Shown here piece after piece: positions 1 to 8,740 of a stretch of 64,000 bases of DNA. Origin of the DNA: an uncultured delta proteobacterium (GTDB lineage Bacteria; Desulfobacterota; Desulfobacteria; Desulfobacterales; JAHEIW01). The stretch's first letter is position 1, and the number at the start of each line of letters is the position of its first letter. The notes beneath the pieces were generated by a model that was not told the DNA's origin, did not search any database, and saw only the letters and a list, made by a program, of their open reading frames with translations. The stretch spans positions 224,001-288,000 of the forward strand of contig CAVPNL010000004.1 in the NCBI GenBank assembly GCA_963706575.1. Reading direction: 5' to 3'. Made by a program: the position numbers and the translations under genes.

Positions 1-42
1 GATCTTCGCGGCTGGAAGCCGCGATAAAAAGGAGCTTAAAAC

Positions 43-1023
43 TTGAACAATGACCATTTAAGTCGGCGTCAATTTATGACGCGCTCTGCCAAAGCCGGCG
101 CATCCATTCTGGCCGCCTGCTCGATCAGTTACTGGTTTTATGACAGCGCCGGACCGGCCCGTTCAGCGCAGGACGTCTCCGGCGTTCAGATACCCGATTT
201 TTCGATGCCCCAGCTGGGCCAGCGCATGAGCATTGTTCGCGGCAGCAGCCGATCTGAAACCCTGGAACTGGCTTTAAAATCCATCGGCGGCATGCAAACC
301 TTTATCAAAAAGGGAGACCGGGTTCTGTTGAAGGTAAATGCGGCTTTCGCATCACCGCCCATGATTTGCGCAACAACTCATCCGGATATGGTTAGCGCGA
401 TAACCCGTTTGTGCTTTAAAGCCGGTGCCGCATCGGTCATGGTAACCGACAACCCGATCAACGATCCGGCCAGTTGTTTTCGCTTGACCGGAATTGAGCA
501 GGCCGCCCGGTCTGCCGGAGCAACCGTTACCTTCCCGCAAAAGGAATTTTTTAAACCTTTCAGCCTGGCGGAAGCGCAGCTGATTCGCAACTGGCCGGTC
601 TTGTACGAACCCATAAGCCGGGTTGACAAAATCATCGGCACCGCGCCGGTCAAGGATCATCACCGCAGCGGCGCGTCCATGATCATGAAAAACTGGTATG
701 GATTGCTGGGCGGGCGGCGCAATATTTTTCACCAGGATATTCACACGATCATCAAAGAACTGGCAATGATGATAAAGCCGACCCTGGTGGTCCTGGACGG
801 CACCACCACCATGATGCGTAACGGCCCGACCGGGGGCTCGTTATCAGATCTGAAAGAAACCCAAACAATGATCGTCAGTACCGACCAGGTGGCAGCCGAT
901 GCCTTCGGCGCCAGCCTGCTTGATAAAACCGTCGATGAGCTGGCCTTTATTAAAAAAGCAGAAGCGATGAAACTGGGCACCGCTGACTTTCAATCGCTGA
1001 ATCCGGTGATGGAGGCGATATGA
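43..1023 (+). CDS. DUF362 family protein with twin-arginine signal
   Basis: N-terminal SRRQFM; GDRVLLKVN, THP and MKNWYG motifs typical of DUF362; RBS aggag before the TTG start. Confidence 0.85.
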   Translation: MNNDHLSRRQFMTRSAKAGASILAACSISYWFYDSAGPARSAQDVSGVQIPDFSMPQLGQRMSIVRGSSRSETLELALKSIGGMQTFIKKGDRVLLKVNAAFASPPMICATTHPDMVSAITRLCFKAGAASVMVTDNPINDPASCFRLTGIEQAARSAGATVTFPQKEFFKPFSLAEAQLIRNWPVLYEPISRVDKIIGTAPVKDHHRSGASMIMKNWYGLLGGRRNIFHQDIHTIIKELAMMIKPTLVVLDGTTTMMRNGPTGGSLSDLKETQTMIVSTDQVAADAFGASLLDKTVDELAFIKKAEAMKLGTADFQSLNPVMEAI

Positions 1024-1026
1024 AAA

Positions 1027-1250
1027 AGGTTCAGGGTTCAAGGTTCAAAGGTTCGTATATTAAGTGTCAAGCAAGTTTTTTTTGTTTAATTGGTTTGATT
1101 GGTTCCATTAGTTCGATTGGTTAAGCTTTAACCAATAAAACCAATTAAACCAATTAAACTAATGCAACATTGCATTGTGCCTAACAAAACTCAAAAACCA
1201 GAACGATGAACCCTGAACCTTTGAATCTTGAACCTTTGAACCCTGAACCT
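1027..1250. repeat. Nested inverted short tandem repeats (outer AGGTTCA/TGAACCT 7-8-mers, inner TTGGTTTAA/AACCAATTA 9-mers)
   Basis: Read directly: outer arms about 1027-1054 and 1207-1250; inner hairpin about 1082-1168. Confidence 0.85.
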
Positions 1251-1301
1251 GCTGAAAATTTGCAATACTCTCATACCGCCGATACGAGACTGATACCGAC
1301 A

Positions 1302-3251
1302 ATGAACATCGTAACCACCCGCCGAATCTGCCAGATATTTTTTTTCATCCTTTTTTTGTGGTTTTGTCTGGCAACCATACTGGGAGAGCACTGGTGGCAG
1401 CTGCGGGGATGGCCCGTCAACTGGATCCTGCAGCTGGATCCGCTGGTGGGCCTGAGTACCCTACTCACCACCCGGACGCTTTATACCGGCCTTGTGTGGG
1501 GCCTTGCCACGGTGATCCTGACGATTGTGCTAGGCCGATTTTTCTGCGGCTGGTTGTGTCCGTTCGGGTCTCTTCATCAATTCGTCGGCTATCTTGCCAA
1601 GCGCAAACGCTCACTCAAGACCAAAATTGAGCTGAATCGATACCGTTCGGCGCAGTCGCTAAAATATTGGATCCTGGTCTTTGTGCTCACCATGGCCATC
1701 GCTGAACTGGCGATTGATGCGATCCGCCTGCCGCGCACCACACCACTGGGCTCCGCAGCGCTAATAGCGCTGGCTTTAACGACAGTCATCATCCTGGCCA
1801 TCCGGCAGACAGAACGTAATGCTAAAAAAGCCATCGTCGCCGTTCTGGCCGTCGCCGGCTGCTGGGTTTTAATTAGCTTTTTATTCTATGAGGACTGGCG
1901 ACCGGTGGCATCGCTCCAAATCGGGCTATTGGATCCCATCCCGCTGGTCTACCGTTCGGTCAATTTACTTATCCTGCCCCTTGTCGATCAAACAACCCTG
2001 ACGACCTCGAGCAGCCCGCGGCTTTATGCCGGCACCTGGCTGATCGCAGCCATCTTTGTGGTGTCTATCCTGTTGAACTTAATCTGGCCACGGTTCTACT
2101 GCCGCTTTGTCTGCCCCTTGGGAGCCCTTTTCGGGGTGCTGGGCCGCTTTGCCATCTGGCGCATCGGCAAAGCCAGAGAAGAATGCACCGACTGCCACCT
2201 GTGCGAAAAAAATTGTGAGGGCGCCTGTCAGCCAACCCGCCGGATTCGAATTGCGGAATGTGTTCTTTGCTTAAATTGTATGGACGACTGCCATCATGGC
2301 CTGATGGGTTATCATGCCGCACCGTCCGCCAGCGGCGAAATCCTTTCACCGGATCTGTCCCGGCGGGAATTTTTAACCGCAGCCGCCTCCGGAGCCGCTG
2401 CCATACCGCTGCTGCGGATCGGCGGCAACCCGGGGCCCAACTGGAATGCGCGCCTGGTACGCCCACCGGGCAGCCTGCCGGAACAGCAGTTTCTATCGCG
2501 CTGTATAAAATGCGGCCAATGCATGCGCATCTGCCCGACCAATGTAATCCACCCGGCCGGACTGACAGCCGGCCTGGAAGGTCTGTGGACACCGGTGCTC
2601 AATTTTAGAATCGGCACCAGCGGGTGTCAGCACAACTGTATCGCCTGCAGTCACCTTTGTCCGACAGCGGCGATTCGACCCATCAGCCTCGAGGAACGCC
2701 AGGGAATCGGACAGTATGTTGAACAGGGCCCCATAAAAATCGGCACTGCCTTTATCGATCGCGGTCGCTGCCTGCCCTGGGCCATGGACCGGCCGTGCAT
2801 CGTCTGTCAGGAAAATTGCCCGGTCAGCCCGAAAGCCATCTTCACCCGGGAGCTGTTCAATACTATACGCAGCCAGCATCCGCTGGTTGTTAAATCTGCC
2901 GATGCCACCCGCATCGAGTTTCAAACCGATGCCCTGGCTGCAAATCATTACGCCACCGGAGATTATTTTTGCGTCGTTCCGGGAAATCCGGGACGGCGAG
3001 GACGGCAAATCATCGCCAATACATCCCGCAGCCTGACGGTTGACAGTAAATTCCCGTTTGAAAAGCCGCCGCAGGCTCAGGATTCAGTGTCGATTCAGAT
3101 ACGGCTCCAGCAGCCCTATGTCGATCCCAAACGCTGCATTGGCTGCGGGGTTTGCGAACACGAATGCCCGGTTCGCGGCCAACGCGCCATCCGCGTCAGC
3201 GCTGAAAACGAGTCCCGGACCCGCCAGCATGCGTTGATTCTGCAAATCTAA
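1302..3251 (+). CDS. Membrane polyferredoxin (NapH/MauN-like membrane part fused to a NapG/MauM-like 4Fe-4S domain)
   Basis: GRFFCGWLCPFG, RFYCRFVCPLG, many CxxCxxCxxxCP motifs, internal SRREFL and RPPG. Start moved to MNIVTTRR because the upstream extension is translated repeat DNA. Confidence 0.85.
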   Translation: MNIVTTRRICQIFFFILFLWFCLATILGEHWWQLRGWPVNWILQLDPLVGLSTLLTTRTLYTGLVWGLATVILTIVLGRFFCGWLCPFGSLHQFVGYLAKRKRSLKTKIELNRYRSAQSLKYWILVFVLTMAIAELAIDAIRLPRTTPLGSAALIALALTTVIILAIRQTERNAKKAIVAVLAVAGCWVLISFLFYEDWRPVASLQIGLLDPIPLVYRSVNLLILPLVDQTTLTTSSSPRLYAGTWLIAAIFVVSILLNLIWPRFYCRFVCPLGALFGVLGRFAIWRIGKAREECTDCHLCEKNCEGACQPTRRIRIAECVLCLNCMDDCHHGLMGYHAAPSASGEILSPDLSRREFLTAAASGAAAIPLLRIGGNPGPNWNARLVRPPGSLPEQQFLSRCIKCGQCMRICPTNVIHPAGLTAGLEGLWTPVLNFRIGTSGCQHNCIACSHLCPTAAIRPISLEERQGIGQYVEQGPIKIGTAFIDRGRCLPWAMDRPCIVCQENCPVSPKAIFTRELFNTIRSQHPLVVKSADATRIEFQTDALAANHYATGDYFCVVPGNPGRRGRQIIANTSRSLTVDSKFPFEKPPQAQDSVSIQIRLQQPYVDPKRCIGCGVCEHECPVRGQRAIRVSAENESRTRQHALILQI

Positions 3252-3274
3252 CGATTCCTAAGGAGCAATCAGTT

Positions 3275-4480
3275 ATGATTCAAAAGCATTCAGGCTGGAC
3301 CCGCAGAGCATTTTTAAAAGCCGCCTGTGCCACGGGTGCGGCATCCGCTGTGTCGCTTCAAAATTTTCCGGCATCGGCATCCGATGAAGCGGTTGTCGTT
3401 CCGACCCGCCCTTTTGGCAAAACCGGAATCGAGGTCCCTGTTCTGGGCTTCGGCACCAGTTTGCATGTTGCCTTCAGCCAGTTGCTGCTCAAACAGGCCG
3501 TCAAATGGGGCGTCACCTACTGGGATACGGCAAATACGTATATGGGCGGCAATAGCGAAAAGGCAATCGGCAAATATTTCGCCAAATACCCTGAAGACCG
3601 CAAAAAAGTGTTTCTGGTGACAAAATCCCACGCCTGGACCACAAACGGTCTAACCCGTGACCTGAACCAGTCGCTCGAGCGTATGCAGACCGATTATATT
3701 GATCTGTACTTTACCCACGGTGTCTGGAGCGCTGACGAATTGGACGCAAAGACAAAGCGCTGGGCGGAGAAAGCCAAAGCAGAAGGCAAGATCCGTTTTT
3801 TTGGCTTCAGCACCCACAGCAATATGGAAGAATGCCTGCTGGAAGCTGCCGGTCTCGGCTGGATCGACGGCATTATGATGACTTACAATTATCGGCTGAT
3901 GCATTCAGATGACATGCGGCGTGCAGTGGATGCCTGCGTCAAGGCCGGCATCGGCTTAACCGCCATGAAAACCCAGGGCGGTGGTCAGGTCAAAACCGAC
4001 ACCGCAACCGAGCTTGAGCTGGCCGGTCGCTTTTTGCAAAAAGGCTTCACCGACGGCCAGGCCAAACTCAAGGCGGTCTGGCAAGACCCGCGGATCGCCA
4101 GCATTTGTTCGGAAATGCCCAATATGACTCTTTTGATGTCCAACGTTGCCGCCGCCGTGGATAAAACCGCGCTGTCCGCTCAGGACAGGCAAATACTGCG
4201 CAAATACGCGCAGGAGACGCGTTCAGATTACTGCGCAGGCTGCAGCAAAATTTGCGAGCCAGCCGTAGCGGCTGAAGTCCCCATCGGCGATGCCATGCGT
4301 TACCTGATGTATGCGCGCAGCTATGGCAATCACAAGAAAGCCAGCGATCGTTTTAAAAGAATCCCGCAAAAGATTCGCGAACAGATGATTCATCTTGATT
4401 ACACTTCTGCGGAACAAAATTGCCCCCGTAAAATTGCGATCGGCAAGCTTATACGTGCGGCAATAAAAGAATTGTCATAA
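3275..4480 (+). CDS. Tat-signal aldo/keto reductase with C-terminal Cys cluster
   Basis: TRRAFLK; PTRPFGKTG, WDTANTY, TK, DYIDLYFTH (Asp/Tyr/Lys/His tetrad); CAGCSKIC...CP. Confidence 0.85.
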   Translation: MIQKHSGWTRRAFLKAACATGAASAVSLQNFPASASDEAVVVPTRPFGKTGIEVPVLGFGTSLHVAFSQLLLKQAVKWGVTYWDTANTYMGGNSEKAIGKYFAKYPEDRKKVFLVTKSHAWTTNGLTRDLNQSLERMQTDYIDLYFTHGVWSADELDAKTKRWAEKAKAEGKIRFFGFSTHSNMEECLLEAAGLGWIDGIMMTYNYRLMHSDDMRRAVDACVKAGIGLTAMKTQGGGQVKTDTATELELAGRFLQKGFTDGQAKLKAVWQDPRIASICSEMPNMTLLMSNVAAAVDKTALSAQDRQILRKYAQETRSDYCAGCSKICEPAVAAEVPIGDAMRYLMYARSYGNHKKASDRFKRIPQKIREQMIHLDYTSAEQNCPRKIAIGKLIRAAIKELS

Positions 4481-4542
4481 AGCTATCTCAATAATAGCGA
4501 TTTATTTTCGAAGACAGAAAATAAGTTCCACAGGTGCTCTAA

Positions 4543-4690
4543 TGTTATAAGTGCCTAAAATGACTAAAATGAGCTAAAATGACTAAAGTTAAGGTTTCGC
4601 TCGCGCTCCATCTTTTATTATAGATACGATAGAATTCCTCCATTTTAGGCATTTTAGATCATTTCTAATTTTAGCTCATTTGTTGTTATA
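4543..4690. repeat. Inverted tandem-repeat element (CTAAAATGA-type), copy 1
   Basis: (ctaaaatga)n-ctaaagttaagg...ttttaggcattttagatcat..ttttagctca; homologous to 21563-21670. Confidence 0.8.
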
Positions 4691-4803
4691 AGCACGTTTT
4701 ATTTGGTTTAGAACTTTAACATCGGACGTTAGATGGATTTTTGAGATGGGTAAAACCGATCTCGACCAACAAAAGAAATAATCTTCAAAGGAGAATACAG
4801 CAG

Positions 4804-6012
4804 ATGTCTAAAAAGGAGACTCGATGGTCCCGCAGAAGCTTTTTAAAGACCACCGGGATGGCAGGCCTCGGATCCATAATTGCCCCTATGGCCGGCTTGG
4901 CCCGTGCTTCTGACAGGGCCTCGGTGGTGCCCACCCGGCCTTTCGGGAAGACCGGCGCGAACGTTTCGATTCTGTCCCTTGGGGGCATGTTTGATATTGC
5001 TTCGAATCAACTTTTAATGAAACAGGCGATGAATTGGGGCGTAACCTATTGGGACACAGCTGATTGCTATCAAAGGGGCAGTGAAAAAGGCGTTGGCAAA
5101 TTTTTCAGCCGCCAGCCCGATGCCCGCAAAAAGATCTTTCTTGTGAGCAAGTCCGACGCACGCGACCCGGATAGAATGACACGGCTATTAAATCGATCCC
5201 TGGATCGCATGAAAACGGATTATATCGACCTTTATTTTGTTCATGGAATCTATCGTATTGATGAGTTGGATGGCCGGACAAAAGCCTGGGCCGAAAAAGC
5301 TAAAGCCGCCGGCAAGATTCGATTTTTTGGATTCAGCACCCACAGCAACATGGAAGAATGTCTGCTGGACGGTGCCAGGCTGGGTTGGATCGACGGCATT
5401 ATGATGACCTACAATTATCGACTGATGCATTCAGATGACATGCGCCGTGCAGTCGATGCCTGTGTCAAGGCCGGCATCGGCCTGACGGCCATGAAAACCC
5501 AGGGTGGCGGTCAGGTCAGAACCAATTCGGAAACCGAGCTCAAGCTGGCCGGTCGATTTCTAGAAAAAGGTTTCACCGACGCCCAGGCCAAATTAAAAGC
5601 GGTGTGGCAAAACCCGCAAATTTCGAGTATCTGCTCGCAAATGCCGAATATGACCATCCTGATGTCCAATGTGGCCGCCGCCCTGGACAAAACCCAACTT
5701 TCCGCTAGGGATACATCATTGCTGCAGCAGTATGCCAAAGAAACCCGTTCGGCTTACTGCACCGGATGCACCGATATCTGTGAATCGTGCGTGGAGGGAG
5801 AAGCGCCCATCGGCGATGTAATGCGTTATCTGATGTACTGCAACAGCTATGATGACTATGAGCTGGCCTCAGCCGGGTTCAAAAAAATTCCACAAAAAAT
5901 CCGAACACGACTGACCCATCTGGATTATTCAATGGCAGAACGCAAATGCCCCCAGGGGCTGCCCATTGCAACGCTGATGCAGGAAGCCAAAAAGAAATTG
6001 GAAACTTCTTAA
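4804..6012 (+). CDS. Tat-signal aldo/keto reductase, paralog of 3275-4480
   Basis: RBS aggag; SRRSFLK; WDTADCY; CTGCTDIC...CP; central region nearly identical to the upstream paralog. Confidence 0.85.
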   Translation: MSKKETRWSRRSFLKTTGMAGLGSIIAPMAGLARASDRASVVPTRPFGKTGANVSILSLGGMFDIASNQLLMKQAMNWGVTYWDTADCYQRGSEKGVGKFFSRQPDARKKIFLVSKSDARDPDRMTRLLNRSLDRMKTDYIDLYFVHGIYRIDELDGRTKAWAEKAKAAGKIRFFGFSTHSNMEECLLDGARLGWIDGIMMTYNYRLMHSDDMRRAVDACVKAGIGLTAMKTQGGGQVRTNSETELKLAGRFLEKGFTDAQAKLKAVWQNPQISSICSQMPNMTILMSNVAAALDKTQLSARDTSLLQQYAKETRSAYCTGCTDICESCVEGEAPIGDVMRYLMYCNSYDDYELASAGFKKIPQKIRTRLTHLDYSMAERKCPQGLPIATLMQEAKKKLETS

Positions 6013-6068
6013 CTTTGTGTCCTTCGTGACCTTCGTGGTAAAATTATCTAGCGAGGAAATGTTGACCC

Positions 6069-7049
6069 TCACGTTTTATAGGTTTTCAGCATGTCCTGCG
6101 CTTCTGATATCATTTCATCCCGCAAGGCTGCCGGTGCCAGAACCTCAGCCTTGGATCCCCAGGTCATCAGCCAAAATTTAATTTCGTCGGTTCCGGCCAC
6201 CCGCGCTTCAAAAATAAGGGACCCGTCCTTCTGGGGTTCAATTTTCTGGGTCTTGTGCCAGATTTTTTCGTTGATGTATCCGGCGACTTCAGGCGCAAAC
6301 CGGATTCTGACGTTTTGCGGCTTGCCGTGAAATACGCCGAAGCTGGTCTGCATAAAATCTTCGACCTTAAAATCTTCCGGCATTTCAAATGTTTCATCCG
6401 TTAACTTTAACGATTTGATGCGGTCCAGGGCAAAAATCCGGATGTCTTCCCGCAACCCGCAATTTCCAACCAGGTAAAACGCTCCGTCAAAAAACCAGAT
6501 TTTGTACGGGGCGACTTTGCGCCGCGTCTTTTCTTTGCGGCTCATGGTAAAATATTCGATTTCGATAATTTTGCGACGGATGGTGGCTTCACTGACCCTG
6601 TCGATTGATTCCCGCAATTGGCCATATTGTTTATACGGCTTGGAGCCGACCTCAAAGCTTTCCTCTATCCGGTCGAGATATTGGGTTGTTTCAGCCGGCA
6701 GGGTCGCTTTTATTTTCCGGAAAAACGATTCCAGAGATTCATAAAATACCGTATCTTTTAAAACCGTCATCAATCCCCGGCTGAAATAAAGCGCCATCAA
6801 TTCAGTCAGGTTAAGGGGAATGGGGATGTTGTGCCGGGCGCTGTCGAGAACGGACCACAGATTTTTGCCATCTATGCGGTCGGTAAAAATCGGAAAGCCG
6901 GCCAGCTGTAAGGCCTCCAGATCCCGATATACCGTGCGCCAGTGATATTCAAGCTCCCGGGCCAAATCAGCGGCTGACTTGCCTCTGCGTGAAGCAATTA
7001 AGCTTTGCAAAATCCGCCACTGCCGGGCCAGTTGATCTCCCCGTGCCAT
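6069..7049 (-). CDS. HTH-WYL-WCX transcriptional regulator (PafC/DriD-like)
   Basis: N-terminal wHTH (RTVYRDLEAL), FYLVG...RIFALDRI, C-terminal WGSKAEVLAPAALR; GGAGG RBS before the ATG at 7049. Confidence 0.9.
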   Translation of the reverse strand: MARGDQLARQWRILQSLIASRRGKSAADLARELEYHWRTVYRDLEALQLAGFPIFTDRIDGKNLWSVLDSARHNIPIPLNLTELMALYFSRGLMTVLKDTVFYESLESFFRKIKATLPAETTQYLDRIEESFEVGSKPYKQYGQLRESIDRVSEATIRRKIIEIEYFTMSRKEKTRRKVAPYKIWFFDGAFYLVGNCGLREDIRIFALDRIKSLKLTDETFEMPEDFKVEDFMQTSFGVFHGKPQNVRIRFAPEVAGYINEKIWHKTQKIEPQKDGSLIFEARVAGTDEIKFWLMTWGSKAEVLAPAALRDEMISEAQDMLKTYKT

Positions 7050-7166
7050 AAACGTCCTCCCACTGCACAAATCGTTAACAAAATTATAATCTGTCTTTAA
7101 ACATGATGTTGTCAACAGTTAAACTTCCAACCAGGCCGTTGGTCAAGTTTCTATAAAAAAAATTTT

Positions 7167-7308
7167 GAACCCATCTGAAAAATAGGATTTTGGTTCAAGA
7201 TCGCGGCGGGGCCTCGTTTAAAACCGGAGGTATACTGTTGTATGTCGAGGATTTTAAACGAGGCTCCAACAAAGATATTGGGCCAAAAGACATTTTTGAG
7301 ATGGGTTC
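7167..7308. mobile_element. MITE with GAACCCATCTCAAAAA-type terminal inverted repeats
   Basis: GAACCCATCTGAAAAA...TTTTTGAGATGGGTTC; near-identical to 33938-34123. Confidence 0.85.
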
Positions 7309-7323
7309 AATTTTTTTTCAGCA

Positions 7324-7358
7324 GTTTGTCCGGATCTGACAAACCACCATGCTAATGT
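7324..7358 (+). promoter_or_regulatory. Perfect palindrome GTTTGTC-N7-GACAAAC followed by a -10-like TAATGT; candidate WYL operator
   Basis: Palindrome at 7324-7344 and TAATGT at 7353-7358, upstream of the 62-aa gene. Confidence 0.6.
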
Positions 7359-7434
7359 TGAACACAAAAATGAAATATTTCTAATGATTTCCATCAAAAG
7401 AAAACCGCTAAACGAAAAAAAAGGGGGTGCAAAA

Positions 7435-7623
7435 ATGACAAAACATATTTTCAACCCGGATTATCATGATTGTTACGAATACCATGGAAACACGACAATC
7501 GAGCTTACCCGCAGACAGGGCGAAATTACCTTATGGCGGGATTGGATCACCTTCGATACGGTCCAGGAAGCAGCCGACTATTTTAATGAGCACTGCAGCA
7601 GCTATGAATATGCCGGTTCCTGA
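7435..7623 (+). CDS. 62-aa hypothetical protein divergent from the WYL regulator
   Basis: RBS-like GGGGGTG before the ATG; globular-looking composition (TTIELTRRQGEITLWRDWITFDTVQEAADYF). Confidence 0.7.
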   Translation: MTKHIFNPDYHDCYEYHGNTTIELTRRQGEITLWRDWITFDTVQEAADYFNEHCSSYEYAGS

Positions 7624-7748
7624 AATTCAGCAGGTGCTTTGTGCCGGTCGGATAATAATACGGTTTTCTCTAAAGAATTTGGGGCTTAAGATCCACTCGT
7701 GAAGGAAGGTTATCAAGAAGTAAGGGGCATATTTTTAAAATTAGGCAC

Positions 7749-7950
7749 TAAAACCGGTTTCAAAACCTTTAGATTTTGGCTGAGGGCAAGGCGCCGATTC
7801 GATTCAAAACCGGAGCGTACTCGATAGTACGTGAGTATTTTGAATCGAATTGACGAGCTCCTTAATATTCATAAAAACAGATGTGAGATCCCGCTTTGGC
7901 GGGGCAACATAGCCCTCGGGCAAAAGATGAGGGTTTTGAAATCGGTTTTA
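7749..7950. mobile_element. MITE-like element with TAAAACCGGTTTCAAAACC terminal inverted repeats
   Basis: 19-bp inverted repeat with 1 mismatch; internal modules shared with the other MITEs; right end supplies the cytochrome stop codon. Confidence 0.75.
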
Positions 7951-8430
7951 TTCTTCTTTCGGGTGACATTGTATACAGCCGGTTGGACCGGTGATCGGCA
8001 ATGGGCCATCAAGTTTTTTGCCTGAAGTTTCGATTTTTCTATTTTTAAGCTTCATGATCTTGTGGCACCCGATACATAGTTCATGATAGGCCTTTTTAAA
8101 ATATTTAATTTCCTCAGACCTAAGGGGGGTCCCCTGCTTGGATTTAGTCGCCGCTACCTTCACATCATGACAGCCGGATGTCATACACCCCTTTATTTGG
8201 GTGGTGCCCTCCCATTTGTGATGGCAGGTCTGGCATTCGAACCCAAAATGTCGGGGATGCGGAAATTCCACAGAGACTCTTTTTTGTTCCACCCCATCGG
8301 GAGCACCGAGCTCGATGGTTCCCATCGGGACACACATGTCCTCAACGTCTTCCTCACCGGAAACAGCCGGCACCGATCCGCAAATTATGGCAATCACAAA
8401 ACACACCCCTAAAATAACCACCTTCTGCAT
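7948..8430 (-). CDS. Tetraheme class III cytochrome c (cytochrome c3 family)
   Basis: Signal peptide; FPHPRH, CQTCHH, CMTSGCH, CIGCH, CIQCH. Confidence 0.9.
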   Translation of the reverse strand: MQKVVILGVCFVIAIICGSVPAVSGEEDVEDMCVPMGTIELGAPDGVEQKRVSVEFPHPRHFGFECQTCHHKWEGTTQIKGCMTSGCHDVKVAATKSKQGTPLRSEEIKYFKKAYHELCIGCHKIMKLKNRKIETSGKKLDGPLPITGPTGCIQCHPKEE

Positions 8431-8740
8431 AGCCAACTCCCTTTCAAGATAAGATAAATTTAATTTCACGTGTTATGGGTGGCGCAATATATATACCCAG
8501 AAAAAATACATTTTTGCGGTTTAAAATTAAAAAGGAATTAATGCTCTATAAATAAAAAAATTTCAACCCTAAATTTAACTTTTGCAAAAAGAGAGAAAAA
8601 TTTGACAATTTAGAGGTAAATAGGGTATAAAATAGCTAGAATTATTAGAAATTCTCACCGGAAGCAGCCTCAAAAATGACAGATCACCGTTTAATAAACC
8701 TTCATTAAAACTTTTTTATACTATTCATCAAGGAGGTTTC

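Noticed and set aside
1206..1301. N-terminal NPEPLNLEP extension of the polyferredoxin
   Set aside because: It is translated heptamer-repeat DNA; the start at 1302 fits better.
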